Shown here: positions 19,038 through 29,724 of the stretch, piece after piece
Numbering within the stretch: position 1 is the first letter of the stretch
Layout: each line of letters begins with the position of its first letter
NCBI GenBank assembly: GCA_900550635.1
Contig: URSZ01000001.1
Location: forward strand, 1 to 61,107
Reading direction: 5' to 3'
From: an uncultured Prevotella sp.
Lineage (GTDB): Bacteria > Bacteroidota > Bacteroidia > Bacteroidales > Bacteroidaceae
DNA: 61,107 nucleotides
Program-made: the position numbers and the translations under genes
The notes under the pieces: generated by a model
What the model was told of the DNA's origin: nothing
Seen by the model: only the letters and a program-made list of their open reading frames with translations
Database searches by the model: none

Positions 19038-20498
19038 ATGCCGCAGAAACTCATACAGACCCAAACCCAGACCCAGACGCAGACGCTCACACCGCAGCAG
19101 CTTCTGCAAGTGCACCTTTTGGAACTGCCGCTCAAGGACTTCGAAGAACGAGTAAACGAAGAACTGCTCGAAAACGAAGCACTCGAACAGGGCAATGACG
19201 AGGAGCAGGGCAACGAAGACTTCAACGGCGGGGAGGAAGAGTACGGCACCCAAGGCAACAGCGAAGCCGACGCACTGGCCGACTACGTGTCGGACGACGA
19301 AACGCCCGACTACCTGCTCGCGCGCGCCTCGGCAGCCGAAAACACCGCAGAAAGGCTGCCTTTCGGGCAGTCGGTGTCGCTCTACGAAGAGCTGAAGGCA
19401 CAGATAGCCGAAAACGACCTCGACGACCACGAGAAGGAAGTGATTACCTACCTCATCGGCTCGCTCGACTCCGACGGCTTCCTGCGCAAGGACGCGGCAC
19501 GCATAGCCGACGAACTGGCCATTTACCACGACATCGAAACCACGCCCGACGAGGTAGAACGTCTCACCAAAATACTACAGACCTTCGAACCGAAAGGCAT
19601 AGGAGCGCACTCGCTGCAAGAGTGCCTGCACATACAGCTTGCCTCGCCCGAGTTCTCGTCGCCGTTGCGCAAGCAGGAACTTACCGTTATCGACAAGTAT
19701 TACGACGACTTCATACACAAACGCTGGGACAAGATACGCCAGCGCTTAGGTGTCGACGCGCCCACGATTGAGAAAATACGCACCGAAATACAGCGCCTCA
19801 ACCCCAGGCCCGGAAGCGCACTCAACGAAACGGCTTCGAACGCCGCACAGGAGATTACGCCCGACTTCATGGTGGAAAACGACGGAAACGGAACGCTCAC
19901 CGTTACACTCAACGAGGGCGACGTGCCGCCGCTGCGCGTGAGCAGCTCGTTCCGCGCTACGCTGGACGACTTTGCAAACAACCGCCTGAAGCTGACAAGG
20001 GAACAAAAGGACACCTACGCCTACGCACGCCAGAAGATAGAGGCCGCACAAACGTTCATCGAGGCCGTGCGCCGCCGACAAACCAACATGCTCGCAACAA
20101 TGGAAGCCATAGTGGATTTCCAGAAGCCGTTCTTCCTGGAAGGTGACGATACACTGCTCCGCCCGATGATTCTGCGCGACATTGCAGAGCGCACAGGGCT
20201 GGACATATCGACCATTTCGCGCGTGAGCAACAGCAAATACGTTGAAACATACTTCGGGATTTTCCCGCTAAAATACTTTTTCAACGACAAGTTCGTAACA
20301 GAGGAGGGCGACGTACACTCGACGGTGAAGATACGTAAGGCCCTCGAAACGATAATAAACGAAGAAGACAAGAAGAACCCGTTGTCCGACGAGGCGCTTG
20401 CCGCCATGTTAAAGGAGCAAGGCTTCCCCGTGGCACGGCGCACCGTTGCAAAATACCGCGAGCAGATGGGAATACCTGTTGCCCGCCTAAGAAAATGA
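19038..20498 (+). CDS. rpoN: RNA polymerase sigma-54 factor
   Basis: Gln-rich region I, an acidic region II, and a C-terminal HTH plus RpoN box (ARRTVAKYREQMGIPVARLRK). Confidence 0.95.
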   Translation: MPQKLIQTQTQTQTQTLTPQQLLQVHLLELPLKDFEERVNEELLENEALEQGNDEEQGNEDFNGGEEEYGTQGNSEADALADYVSDDETPDYLLARASAAENTAERLPFGQSVSLYEELKAQIAENDLDDHEKEVITYLIGSLDSDGFLRKDAARIADELAIYHDIETTPDEVERLTKILQTFEPKGIGAHSLQECLHIQLASPEFSSPLRKQELTVIDKYYDDFIHKRWDKIRQRLGVDAPTIEKIRTEIQRLNPRPGSALNETASNAAQEITPDFMVENDGNGTLTVTLNEGDVPPLRVSSSFRATLDDFANNRLKLTREQKDTYAYARQKIEAAQTFIEAVRRRQTNMLATMEAIVDFQKPFFLEGDDTLLRPMILRDIAERTGLDISTISRVSNSKYVETYFGIFPLKYFFNDKFVTEEGDVHSTVKIRKALETIINEEDKKNPLSDEALAAMLKEQGFPVARRTVAKYREQMGIPVARLRK

Positions 20499-21112
20499 GA
20501 GACAAGTACATAATCAAGATTGCACGCGCCATTTCGCTGCTTTTCACGCCTTTTTACTTCCCGGTAATAGCATTCCTGGCCCTGTTCATGTTCAGCTACA
20601 TGAACCTGCTGCCCCTGACGCTTAAGATAACCGTGCTGGTAATAGTTTACCTGTTTACCGTGGCGCTGCCGTTGCTGTCGATTTACCTTTACCGCAAGAT
20701 AAACGGCTGGACCACGCACCAGGCAAGCCACCGCACGCGGCGCTACGTGCCCTACCTGCTTAGCATTACGAGCTACGGCTGTTGCTTTTACGTAATGGAG
20801 CGTATGCGCATGCCCCATTTCATGATGGGAATCATCGTGGGCGCGCTGTCCATACAGGTGTTGTGCTCGATTATCAACACACGCTTCAAGATTAGCACCC
20901 ACTCTGCCGCTTCGGGCGGTGTGGTAGGCGCACTGCTCGCCTTTTCGCTGATATTCGCGTTCGACCCCACGTGGTGGCTGTGCTTGTCAATCATACTGGC
21001 CGGCGCGGTAGGCTCGAGCAGGATAATACTCCACCAGCACACGCTCGCACAAGTTACCACAGGCACCATACTGGGCTTTATCTGCGGGTTTGTAAGCATA
21101 TTGTACGTATAA
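20495..21112 (+). CDS. PAP2-family membrane phosphatase
   Basis: 205 aa and polytopic. The motifs SHRTRR, ISTHSA and SRIILHQHT resemble the PAP2 motifs. It overlaps the rpoN stop by 4 nt. Confidence 0.7.
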   Translation: MRDKYIIKIARAISLLFTPFYFPVIAFLALFMFSYMNLLPLTLKITVLVIVYLFTVALPLLSIYLYRKINGWTTHQASHRTRRYVPYLLSITSYGCCFYVMERMRMPHFMMGIIVGALSIQVLCSIINTRFKISTHSAASGGVVGALLAFSLIFAFDPTWWLCLSIILAGAVGSSRIILHQHTLAQVTTGTILGFICGFVSILYV

Positions 21113-21126
21113 ACACCAACATAACA

Positions 21127-21633
21127 ATGAAACCTTTAGTAAGCATAATCATGGGCAGCACGTCCGACCTGCCCGTAATGGAAAAGGCTGCCGCCGAGCT
21201 TGACTCGATGGGCATACCTTTCGAGATGAACGCCCTCTCGGCCCACCGCACGCCCGACGAGGTGGCCGCCTTTGCAAGGGAAGCCGCCCCGCGCGGAGTG
21301 AAAGTAATAATAGCCGCAGCAGGCATGGCCGCAGCGCTGCCCGGGGTAATTGCCGCGCACACCACGCTGCCCGTAATAGGCGTGCCCATAAAGGGAATGC
21401 TCGACGGCCTGGACGCACTGCTGTCGATAGTGCAGATGCCGCCCGCCATACCGGTGGCGACCGTGGGAGTGAACGCCGCAAAGAACGCGGCCATACTGGC
21501 CGAGGAAATCCTCGCCCTAACCGACGAAGGCATACGCGCCCGCGTGGCAGAACAGAAGGCAAAACTCAAGGACAAGATTGTGGCAGCCAACGAGGAGCTC
21601 GCCAAAGTGAAATACGCCAACAAGACAAACTGA
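21127..21633 (+). CDS. purE: 5-(carboxyamino)imidazole ribonucleotide mutase
   Basis: VSIIMGSTSDLPVM ... SAHRTPD ... IIAAAGMAAALPGV is the PurE signature. The ATG at 21127 is chosen. Confidence 0.95.
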   Translation: MKPLVSIIMGSTSDLPVMEKAAAELDSMGIPFEMNALSAHRTPDEVAAFAREAAPRGVKVIIAAAGMAAALPGVIAAHTTLPVIGVPIKGMLDGLDALLSIVQMPPAIPVATVGVNAAKNAAILAEEILALTDEGIRARVAEQKAKLKDKIVAANEELAKVKYANKTN

Positions 21634-21790
21634 CCCGCCCGAGAGCAGGAGATATATTATAATGCGTACCCGCAACATTTGCCGGGCACGCATTTTTTAT
21701 ACGCACCTTTTCCGGAAGCCCTGCCGCCACGCGGCAAGGCGGACATTCGCTGCCGCAAAACCCGGGACGGGGAACACCGTTTTTCAACCA

Positions 21791-21965
21791 CGGAAAACGA
21801 AAACTCATTTTCACTCCGTCGCACTCCTCGGGGAGCAAATAAAAATTATGTCTGAGATATTTTAAAATATGTCAGACATATTTCGAATTATGTCAGACAT
21901 ATTTTTGCCCTCCGGAAACCCGCATGAAAACTCGGGGCACAAAAGCTGCCTTTTTTGTCCGTATA
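21791..21965. repeat. Mosaic intergenic repeat, copy 6
   Basis: CGAAAACTCATTTTCAC hairpin, CTCCTCGGGGAGCAAATAAAAA box, three units at about 21841-21905, GCCCTCCGGAAACCCGCATGAAAAC, and the edge box CCTTTTTTGTCCG. Confidence 0.85.
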
Positions 21966-22031
21966 ACTATTTTAAACATCAGTGCACCTATTTTACAAAC
22001 CGCCGGGCGGCACTTATACACAGTTAAATAG

Positions 22032-22039
22032 TATCTTTG
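22032..22039 (+). promoter_or_regulatory. -7 promoter box (TAnnTTTG)
   Basis: TATCTTTG lies 30 nt upstream of the ATG at 22069. Confidence 0.5.
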
Positions 22040-22068
22040 CACACTATAACCTTTCAAACCAGATATTA

Positions 22069-23640
22069 ATGAAAAAGATATTTTCCTTCCTCATCGCCAT
22101 ATCCTGCCTCACGTCCGTGGCCGCACAGACCAAGGAACAGGAAACAGCCGCGGTGCGCAAACTCGGGATAGCCCAGTATGCCGTGTCGCACCTGTACGTC
22201 GATTCAGTAGACCTCACGAAAATCACCGAAGGGGCGATAAAAGGAATGCTCTCCACCCTCGACCCGCACTCCACATACACCAACGCCGCCGAAACAAAGG
22301 CAATGAACGAACCGCTCGAAGGGAACTTCGACGGCATAGGCGTGCAGTTCAACATGCTCGACGACACGCTGCTCGTAATCCAGACCGTCGACAAAGGCCC
22401 GTCGCAAAAAGCCGGAATACTGGCCGGCGACAGGATTGTGCGCGTAAACGACACCGTTATAGCCGGCGTTAAAATGCCGCAAACCGAGATAATGAAACGC
22501 CTGCGCGGAAAGAAGGGCACTACCGTGCACCTCGGCATTCGCCGCACCGGTGTGGCCGAAGAAATACAGTTCGACGTGGTGCGCGACAAGATTCCCGTAC
22601 ACACACTCGACGCAGCCTACATCATAGCACCCAAGGTGGGATACGTGCGCTTCGGCTCGTTCGGCAAGACAACCCACGACGAAGTACGCAACGCCATACT
22701 CGGCCTTAAGGAAAAAGGAGCCGAAAGCCTCATAGTCGACGTGCGCGAAAACGGCGGCGGCTTCCTCGAAGCGGCAATCGAAGTGGCCAACGAATTCCTC
22801 GCCAAGGGCGACATGATAGTCTATACCCAGGGTCGCGCCGTTCCCAAAGTGGAATACAAGGCACGAGGCGGCGGCATATTCACCGAAGGCAAGACCGTGG
22901 TGCTCGTCGACGAGTTCTCCGCTTCGGCGTCCGAAATACTAGCCGGCGCACTCCAGGACCAGGACCGCGCAACCATAGTGGGCGTGCGCAGTTTCGGCAA
23001 AGGACTTGTGCAACAGCCGGTGGGACTTCCCGACGGCTCGCTCATACGCCTCACCGTGGCGCGCTACTACACGCCGGCCGGACGCTGCATTCAAAAACCC
23101 TACAAGCCCGGAGAGAACGAGGCTTACAACCTTGACGTGCTCAACCGCCTGCGCGGGGGAGAACTGACCAACGCCGACAGCATTCACCACAACGACTCCC
23201 TGCGCTGCTACACACTGCGCAAACACCGTCCCGTATATGGCGGGGGCGGGATAATTCCCGACCATTTCGTGCCGCTCGACACCACGGTATACACCAATCT
23301 TTACCGCAACCTATCGCGCAAAAACCTCGTGCTGCCCGCAATATTGAAATACAACGACACACATCGCGACGAACTGAAGAAAAAATACTCTTCCTTCGAG
23401 AAATTCAAGAAAGACTACACCTGTCCCGACGAAATAATCGACTCCATTCTCGCCGAAGGCGAAAAAGCCAAGATAAAACCCAAGGACGACGACGAACAGA
23501 AACGCACGCGCAAGCTGCTGGGCAAGATACTCAAGGCAATAACCGCGCGCGACATCTGGGACATGACACAATATTTCGAAATAATGAACGACGGCGACGC
23601 TACCATACAGAAAGCGCTCGAAGTAATAAGCCAATCATAA
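22069..23640 (+). CDS. S41 family C-terminal processing peptidase
   Basis: Signal peptide, a PDZ region (GIGVQF...DKGPSQKAGILAGDRIVRVND), and the catalytic region VLVDEFSASASEILAGALQD...GVRSFGKG. Confidence 0.9.
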   Translation: MKKIFSFLIAISCLTSVAAQTKEQETAAVRKLGIAQYAVSHLYVDSVDLTKITEGAIKGMLSTLDPHSTYTNAAETKAMNEPLEGNFDGIGVQFNMLDDTLLVIQTVDKGPSQKAGILAGDRIVRVNDTVIAGVKMPQTEIMKRLRGKKGTTVHLGIRRTGVAEEIQFDVVRDKIPVHTLDAAYIIAPKVGYVRFGSFGKTTHDEVRNAILGLKEKGAESLIVDVRENGGGFLEAAIEVANEFLAKGDMIVYTQGRAVPKVEYKARGGGIFTEGKTVVLVDEFSASASEILAGALQDQDRATIVGVRSFGKGLVQQPVGLPDGSLIRLTVARYYTPAGRCIQKPYKPGENEAYNLDVLNRLRGGELTNADSIHHNDSLRCYTLRKHRPVYGGGGIIPDHFVPLDTTVYTNLYRNLSRKNLVLPAILKYNDTHRDELKKKYSSFEKFKKDYTCPDEIIDSILAEGEKAKIKPKDDDEQKRTRKLLGKILKAITARDIWDMTQYFEIMNDGDATIQKALEVISQS

Positions 23641-23660
23641 AGCAAACGAGAGCCAGCAAC

Positions 23661-25475
23661 ATGAATGCAAGAACAATAATCTGCACCGCTGTGGCCGCCT
23701 GCACCATGATACTTACCACTGCAAACGCGGCCAAATACATCCCCGGCGACAAGCGCGTGTTCTCCTTGTACTGCAACGGCGTTCCCTGCGCTGTCGACTC
23801 CGTGGGACGCTCGATATACTGCCCCGTAAAGCCCGTCGACGGCGACTCGATAACCGTGGTGTTCACCTCGCCCATGCACGATTCCGTAAGCATAAACTTC
23901 AACTTCATCAAGATGGGCGACAGCGTAAAGTTCGCAAACAAGTTTTCGCAAAACCACCGTACATTTTTCTCAGGAACACGCACGGTATGGAACCTTTACT
24001 TCACCACGCTGCCCGTTGTGCTTCTCGACGCCACGGAACTTGAAAAAGACGTGCGACATCCGGGATACATAACAATTATCGACCCGTGGTGCCGCACCGA
24101 CGGCGTGAACAACCTGTTCATACACTACGCCGGAGTAAAGATACGCGGCGCCACAGCCGCCACATACCCCAAAAAACCGTTCGGCGTGGAACTGTGGGAC
24201 GAGAACAACGAGGAAACCGACGCTACCATAATGGGAATGCGCAGCGACGGCGACGTAATACTCGACGCCATGTACATCGACAAGGCCAGAATGCGCAACC
24301 GCCTGTGCTTCGACCTCTGGAACACCGTGGACCGCCTGCCGTACAACGACGACCCGGACGACAACCTTAACGGAACAGAAGGAACATTCGTCGAAGTGCT
24401 CGTAAACGGAGAATACAACGGCCTGTACTGCCTTACCGACAAGATTGACCGCAAGAAGCTGCAACTAAACAAATACAAGGTCGACCCCGCAAGCGGCGAA
24501 ATAGCGCAACATGGCATGCTCTACAAGGCCACCGACTGGACCGGCGCAACGCAGTTCAATGGCTACGACACATCAGCCTCGACACAAGCGCTCAATTGGT
24601 TTGGCTGGGAGCAAAAATACCCCGACGAAAGCAACGCCTTTGCCAACTGGACGCCGATGATAAACCTCATAGAATACGCCGCGCCCGACCTGTACCCAAA
24701 CAAAACCCTATTCTCGGCACTGCTCGAAAGAAGGTTCTACGTGCAGAACCTCGTGAACTACGTGCTGTTCCTCGGCGTAATGCACATTACCGACAACAGC
24801 TGCAAGAACACCTACATCAGTTTCCGGGACGTCAAGGCCTCGCCGTCGCTCGCGCTGTTCACCCCGTGGGACATGGACGCCTCGTGGGGGCGAGAATGGG
24901 ACGGCTCAATGCGCGACGAACAAGGCTTCGACAAGATAATGGAAGACTGCGGGCTGTTCAAACGCCTCATCAACGACAACCCCGCCGACTTCCACCGCCG
25001 CATGCACGACACATGGATACGCTGGCGCAACTCATCCTTCTCAATCGATTCGGTAACGGCACGCATAAATGCCTACAGCGACCTGTTCACCAGTTCCGGC
25101 GCGTTCCTGCGCGAGATGAGAAGGTGGCCCGGCACGGTAGTGACAATCAACACCGAAACAAGATACATGCTTACCTGGTACAAGAAGAGCTTCGACTTCA
25201 TAAATGAGTTCCTCAAAGACTATCCCACAAGCATACAAAGCGTCACCGCCGGCAACGACATGCAAATAAGCGCCACAACCGACGGGGCGAACATCATCGT
25301 CAACGGCACAACAGGCAACGAAGCGCACATACGCATATACGACACCGCGGGAACGGCAGTGGAAAGCACCGACGCGGCCCTGCCATACCGGAGCGGCAAC
25401 CTCGCGCCGGGCATATACATAATAAACATAAGCGTGGACGGCACCACAGTGCGCAAGAAAGTGGCCGTCTTCTGA
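23661..25475 (+). CDS. CotH kinase-family protein with a T9SS C-terminal sorting domain
   Basis: CotH-like core (MRNRLCFDLWN, VEVLVNGEYNGLYCLTDKIDRK, WDMDASWG). The C-terminus IRIYDTAGTAV...GIYIINISVDGTTVRKKVAVF resembles a CTD. Confidence 0.7.
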   Translation: MNARTIICTAVAACTMILTTANAAKYIPGDKRVFSLYCNGVPCAVDSVGRSIYCPVKPVDGDSITVVFTSPMHDSVSINFNFIKMGDSVKFANKFSQNHRTFFSGTRTVWNLYFTTLPVVLLDATELEKDVRHPGYITIIDPWCRTDGVNNLFIHYAGVKIRGATAATYPKKPFGVELWDENNEETDATIMGMRSDGDVILDAMYIDKARMRNRLCFDLWNTVDRLPYNDDPDDNLNGTEGTFVEVLVNGEYNGLYCLTDKIDRKKLQLNKYKVDPASGEIAQHGMLYKATDWTGATQFNGYDTSASTQALNWFGWEQKYPDESNAFANWTPMINLIEYAAPDLYPNKTLFSALLERRFYVQNLVNYVLFLGVMHITDNSCKNTYISFRDVKASPSLALFTPWDMDASWGREWDGSMRDEQGFDKIMEDCGLFKRLINDNPADFHRRMHDTWIRWRNSSFSIDSVTARINAYSDLFTSSGAFLREMRRWPGTVVTINTETRYMLTWYKKSFDFINEFLKDYPTSIQSVTAGNDMQISATTDGANIIVNGTTGNEAHIRIYDTAGTAVESTDAALPYRSGNLAPGIYIINISVDGTTVRKKVAVF

Positions 25476-25630
25476 ACCCCGGCCCCCTCGGTGCACAAGA
25501 GCGCAACCGCATTCGCGGCGGCACGCACGGCCAATGCGGACAAACAAGGCACCGCGCAGGGCGCATTCCGCCGTAGCGGAAAATGAAAACTACGGCACCG
25601 TTTTTCCACCCCGCCGTACACCGCTTTTTT

Positions 25631-25770
25631 CCAGCCGTTTGAAACGCCCGAAAATATGTCTGACATAATTCGAAATATGTCAGACATATTTTAAATTATC
25701 TCAGAGATATTTTTTCTTTTCTCCCAAGGGGGTAGAAAACTCTCCGATACAACGCGGACAAACACGGACG
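25631..25770. repeat. Mosaic intergenic repeat, copy 7 (may extend left to about 25575)
   Basis: CCAGCCGTTTGAAACGCCCG box, three units at about 25651-25714, TTCTTTTCTCCCAAGGGGG, and the edge box GCGGACAAACACGG. Confidence 0.85.
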
Positions 25771-25832
25771 GGCACTAAAAATGCACAAAAAGCAACACTA
25801 ACACGGTATACATATTTTACCAAAAAAAGTAG

Positions 25833-25840
25833 TATCTTTG
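25833..25840 (+). promoter_or_regulatory. -7 promoter box (TAnnTTTG)
   Basis: TATCTTTG upstream of leuS. Confidence 0.5.
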
Positions 25841-25895
25841 CGCCCGAAAACACGGCCCGCCCGCAACGGCAGGCATTTAATTATCAACTTAAAAG

Positions 25896-28745
25896 ATGGA
25901 CTACAATTTCAAGGAAATAGAGAAAAAATGGCACGCCCGCTGGGTGGAAAACAAAACGTACAAGGTTACGGAAAATCCCTCCAAGCCGAAATATTATGTG
26001 TTGAACATGTTCCCGTACCCTTCAGGGGCGGGATTGCACGTAGGCCATCCTTTAGGTTACATAGCCAGCGACATTTATGCCCGCTACAAACGCCTGTGCG
26101 GCTACAACGTGCTCAACCCCATGGGCTATGACGCCTACGGGCTGCCGGCCGAACAATACGCCATACAAACAGGCCAGCACCCGGCCGTAACCACGGTAAA
26201 AAACATCGACCATTACCGCGAACAGCTCGACAAGATAGGCTTTTCGTTCGACTGGGACCGCGAGATACGCACATGCGACCCGCAATATTACCACTGGACA
26301 CAGTGGGCTTTCAAACTGATGTTCGAAAGCTATTATTCCTATTCCGAAAACAAGGCACGCCCCGTAAGCGAACTCATAAGCCGCTTTGAAACAAGCGGCA
26401 CCGAAGGGCTCGACGCAGCATGCAGCGAGGAACTCTGTTTCACCGCCGGCGAATGGAAAGCCATGAACGACGTAGAGAAGCAGCAGGTGCTTATGAATTA
26501 CCGCATTGCCTACCTGGGCGAGACCATGGTCAACTGGTGCCCGAAGCTCGGCACCGTGCTGGCCAACGACGAGGTAGTCGAAGGCGTGTCGGTGCGCGGC
26601 GGATACCCCGTGGTGCAGAAAAAAATGAAACAGTGGTGCCTGCGCGTGTCGGCCTACGCACAACGACTGCTCGACGGGCTCGACAACGTGGACTGGACCG
26701 ACTCGCTCAAGGAAACACAGCGCAACTGGATAGGCCGGAGCGAAGGCACCGAAGTGGAATTCAACGTCAAAGGCAGCGACCTTACGTTCACCATCTTCAC
26801 CACACGCGCCGACACAATGTTCGGCGTAACATTCATGGTGCTCGCACCCGAAAGCGAACTCGTTGACAAACTCACAACTCCCGAACAAGCCGGGGAAGTA
26901 AAGGCATACATCGACGCGACAAAGAAACGCACCGAACGCGAACGCATATCCGACCGCAAGGTAACGGGCGTGTTCTCCGGCTCGTATGCCATAAATCCCT
27001 TTACGGGCGAGGAGATTCCCGTTTGGATAAGCGACTACGTGCTCGCAGGCTACGGCACCGGCGCAATAATGGCCGTTCCGGCCCACGACAGCCGCGACTA
27101 CGCATTTGCACGCCACTTCAACCTGCCAATCATCCCGCTGATAGAAGGCTGCGACGTGTCGCAGGAAAGTTTCGACGCCAAGGAAGGCATAGTCACCAAC
27201 TCGCCACGCGCCGGAGTGAAACCGTACATCGACTTCTCGCTCAACGGCCTTACCGTAAAGGAAGCCATAGCCGCAACAAAGAAATACGTAAGCGAACACA
27301 AGCTCGGCCGCGTAAAGGTGAACTACCGCCTGCGCGACGCAATCTTCTCGCGCCAGCGCTACTGGGGAGAGCCGTTCCCCGTGTACTACAAGGACAGCAT
27401 GCCGCAAATGCTGCCCGACGAATGCCTGCCCCTCGAGCTGCCCGAAATAGACAAGTACGAGCCCACCGAAACGGGCGAGCCGCCACTCGGCCGCGCACAG
27501 AAATGGGCGTGGGACACGGAAAAGAAAACAGTAGTCGAAAAAAGCAAGATAAACAACACAACCATCTTCCCGCTCGAACTGAACACCATGCCGGGATTCG
27601 CCGGCTCGTCAGCCTACTACCTGCGCTACATGGACCCGCACAACGACCGCGAGCTCGTAAGCAAGGCAAACGACGAGTACTGGCGCTGCGTAGACCTCTA
27701 CGTCGGAGGCACGGAGCACGCCACGGGACACCTCATCTACTCCCGCTTCTGGAACAAAGTTCTCCACGACTACGGCTACAGCGTTGTGGAAGAACCGTTC
27801 GCCAAACTCGTGAACCAGGGAATGATTCAGGGACGCTCCAACTTTGTTTACCGCGTGAAGGAAGGAACGGAGCAAGGCAAGTTCGTTTCGCTCAACCTGA
27901 AAGACAAATACGAAGTAACCCCAATACACGTTGACGTAAACATCGTAAGCAACGACGTGCTCGACATCGACGCCTTCCGCAAATGGAGGCCCGAGTATGC
28001 CGACGCCGAATTCATACTCGAAGAAGACGGCAAGTACATCTGCGGCTGGGCCATCGAAAAGATGTCGAAAAGCATGTACAACGTAGTCAACCCCGACCTC
28101 GTTGTAGAACGCTACGGGGCAGACACGCTGCGCCTTTACGAGATGTTCCTCGGCCCGATAAACCAGAGCAAGCCGTGGGACAGCAACGGAATAGACGGTT
28201 GCTCCCGCTTTTTGCGCAAGCTCTGGAACCTTTTCTTCGACAAGTCAGGAAACTTCGTTCCCGATTCCGCAGAGCCTTCCGGCGACAACCTGCGCTCGCT
28301 CCACAAGCTGATAAAGAAAGTTACCGACGACATGGAAGTTTTCTCCTATAACACTTCCATAAGCGCCTTCATGATAGCCGTAGGGGAATTGGCCGCACAA
28401 CGCTGCACCTCGCGCGAAGTTCTCGAAAAACTTGTAATACTTGTTGCCCCGTTTGCGCCTTTCATTGCCGAGGAGCTTTGGGAAAAACTCGGCAAGGAGG
28501 GTTCTGTTTGCGACGCACAGTGGCCTGCCTGCGACGAGAGCTACCTTCGTCAGGACAACGTGACGATGAGCATTTCGTTTAACGGAAAGACGCGCTTCAC
28601 CCTCGACTTCCCCGTCGACGCAAGCAAGGAAGAAATCGAAAAGGAAGCACTCGGCTGCGAACAGTCGCAAAAGTATCTTGAAGGCAAGACAGTCGTAAAG
28701 GTTATAGTCGTACCGAAGCGCATTGTCAACATAGTTGTAAAATAA
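25896..28745 (+). CDS. leuS: Leucine--tRNA ligase
   Basis: 949 aa with a HIGH-type motif ([14 protein letters not shown]) and the KMSKS motif (EKMSKSMYN). Confidence 0.97.
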   Translation: MDYNFKEIEKKWHARWVENKTYKVTENPSKPKYYVLNMFPYPSGAGLHVGHPLGYIASDIYARYKRLCGYNVLNPMGYDAYGLPAEQYAIQTGQHPAVTTVKNIDHYREQLDKIGFSFDWDREIRTCDPQYYHWTQWAFKLMFESYYSYSENKARPVSELISRFETSGTEGLDAACSEELCFTAGEWKAMNDVEKQQVLMNYRIAYLGETMVNWCPKLGTVLANDEVVEGVSVRGGYPVVQKKMKQWCLRVSAYAQRLLDGLDNVDWTDSLKETQRNWIGRSEGTEVEFNVKGSDLTFTIFTTRADTMFGVTFMVLAPESELVDKLTTPEQAGEVKAYIDATKKRTERERISDRKVTGVFSGSYAINPFTGEEIPVWISDYVLAGYGTGAIMAVPAHDSRDYAFARHFNLPIIPLIEGCDVSQESFDAKEGIVTNSPRAGVKPYIDFSLNGLTVKEAIAATKKYVSEHKLGRVKVNYRLRDAIFSRQRYWGEPFPVYYKDSMPQMLPDECLPLELPEIDKYEPTETGEPPLGRAQKWAWDTEKKTVVEKSKINNTTIFPLELNTMPGFAGSSAYYLRYMDPHNDRELVSKANDEYWRCVDLYVGGTEHATGHLIYSRFWNKVLHDYGYSVVEEPFAKLVNQGMIQGRSNFVYRVKEGTEQGKFVSLNLKDKYEVTPIHVDVNIVSNDVLDIDAFRKWRPEYADAEFILEEDGKYICGWAIEKMSKSMYNVVNPDLVVERYGADTLRLYEMFLGPINQSKPWDSNGIDGCSRFLRKLWNLFFDKSGNFVPDSAEPSGDNLRSLHKLIKKVTDDMEVFSYNTSISAFMIAVGELAAQRCTSREVLEKLVILVAPFAPFIAEELWEKLGKEGSVCDAQWPACDESYLRQDNVTMSISFNGKTRFTLDFPVDASKEEIEKEALGCEQSQKYLEGKTVVKVIVVPKRIVNIVVK

Positions 28746-28755
28746 GGCGAGCACC

Positions 28756-29688
28756 ATGAACATAGCAAAGTCCATTCCGGCGCTGAAGCTGAAGCCCAGC
28801 CAGATTATCCACGACTACTTTTTCATCACCCTGGGGCTGCTGTGCTATTCGATAGGCTTCTGCTGTTTCATTCTGCCCTACCATATCACCACAGGGGCCG
28901 TTACCGGTTTGGGCGCGTTGATTTTCTACGCCACCAACGGCGCTTTTCCGGCGCAGTACACTGTGCTGCTCGTCAACGCGGTGCTGCTTATAGCGGCCAT
29001 ACGTGTGCTGGGCGCAAAGTTCTTCGTCAAGACGATATACGCCGTAGTGGTGCTCAGTATTTTCTTAGGCATTGTGCAGGAGCTGATAACCGACATGCCG
29101 GGCTATACGCTGAACAGCGAGCGCCTGCCCATGTTCCTCGACGACCAGGGCTTCATGGCGTGCGTCATAGGTGCCTTGCTCGAGGGCATAGGCATAGGAA
29201 TAGTCTTCCTGCAAGGCGGCAGCACGGGCGGCACCGACATCATCTCGGCCATTGTAAACAAGTACCACGACATCACGATAGGCCAAATGCTTATTATATG
29301 CGACCTGCTTATCGTCACGTCTTCGCTGCTCACTCCGGTGGGCGACCTGCAGCACCTGCTCTTCGGCTACTGCACGCTCATGATAACCAACTACACGCTC
29401 GACTACGTTCTGAACAGCGGCCGCCAGAGCGTGCAGTTCCTCATCATCTCGCGCCATTATGCCGACATAGCTTCGGCCATTACCATTTACCACCGCGGCG
29501 TTACCGTTCTCGACGGCCACGGTTGGTACACCAAGCAGGAGCAGAAAGTTGTCATCGTTCTTGCCCGCCGCAGAGATATCAAGAACATTTTCCGCATTAT
29601 AAAACAAATCGACCCCAACGCTTTCATCTCGCAAAGCAAGGTGATAGGCGTTTTCGGCGAAGGGTTCGACAAGCTCAAGGTCAAGTAA
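28756..29688 (+). CDS. YitT-family membrane protein (with a C-terminal DUF2179-like domain)
   Basis: 310 aa with five to six TM segments, then the soluble tail TIYHRGVTVLDGHGWYTKQEQKVVIVLARRRD. Confidence 0.8.
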   Translation: MNIAKSIPALKLKPSQIIHDYFFITLGLLCYSIGFCCFILPYHITTGAVTGLGALIFYATNGAFPAQYTVLLVNAVLLIAAIRVLGAKFFVKTIYAVVVLSIFLGIVQELITDMPGYTLNSERLPMFLDDQGFMACVIGALLEGIGIGIVFLQGGSTGGTDIISAIVNKYHDITIGQMLIICDLLIVTSSLLTPVGDLQHLLFGYCTLMITNYTLDYVLNSGRQSVQFLIISRHYADIASAITIYHRGVTVLDGHGWYTKQEQKVVIVLARRRDIKNIFRIIKQIDPNAFISQSKVIGVFGEGFDKLKVK

Positions 29689-29724
29689 CGCCGTGTCTCC
29701 CGGCTGCAACATACGTCCCGGAAC

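Noticed and set aside
20021-20902. 293-aa minus-strand ORF
   Set aside because: It is antisense to the rpoN 3' end and the PAP2 gene.
26052-27407. 451-aa minus-strand ORF and other long alternative-frame ORFs within leuS
   Set aside because: LeuS on the + strand is unambiguous. These are GC-driven shadow ORFs.
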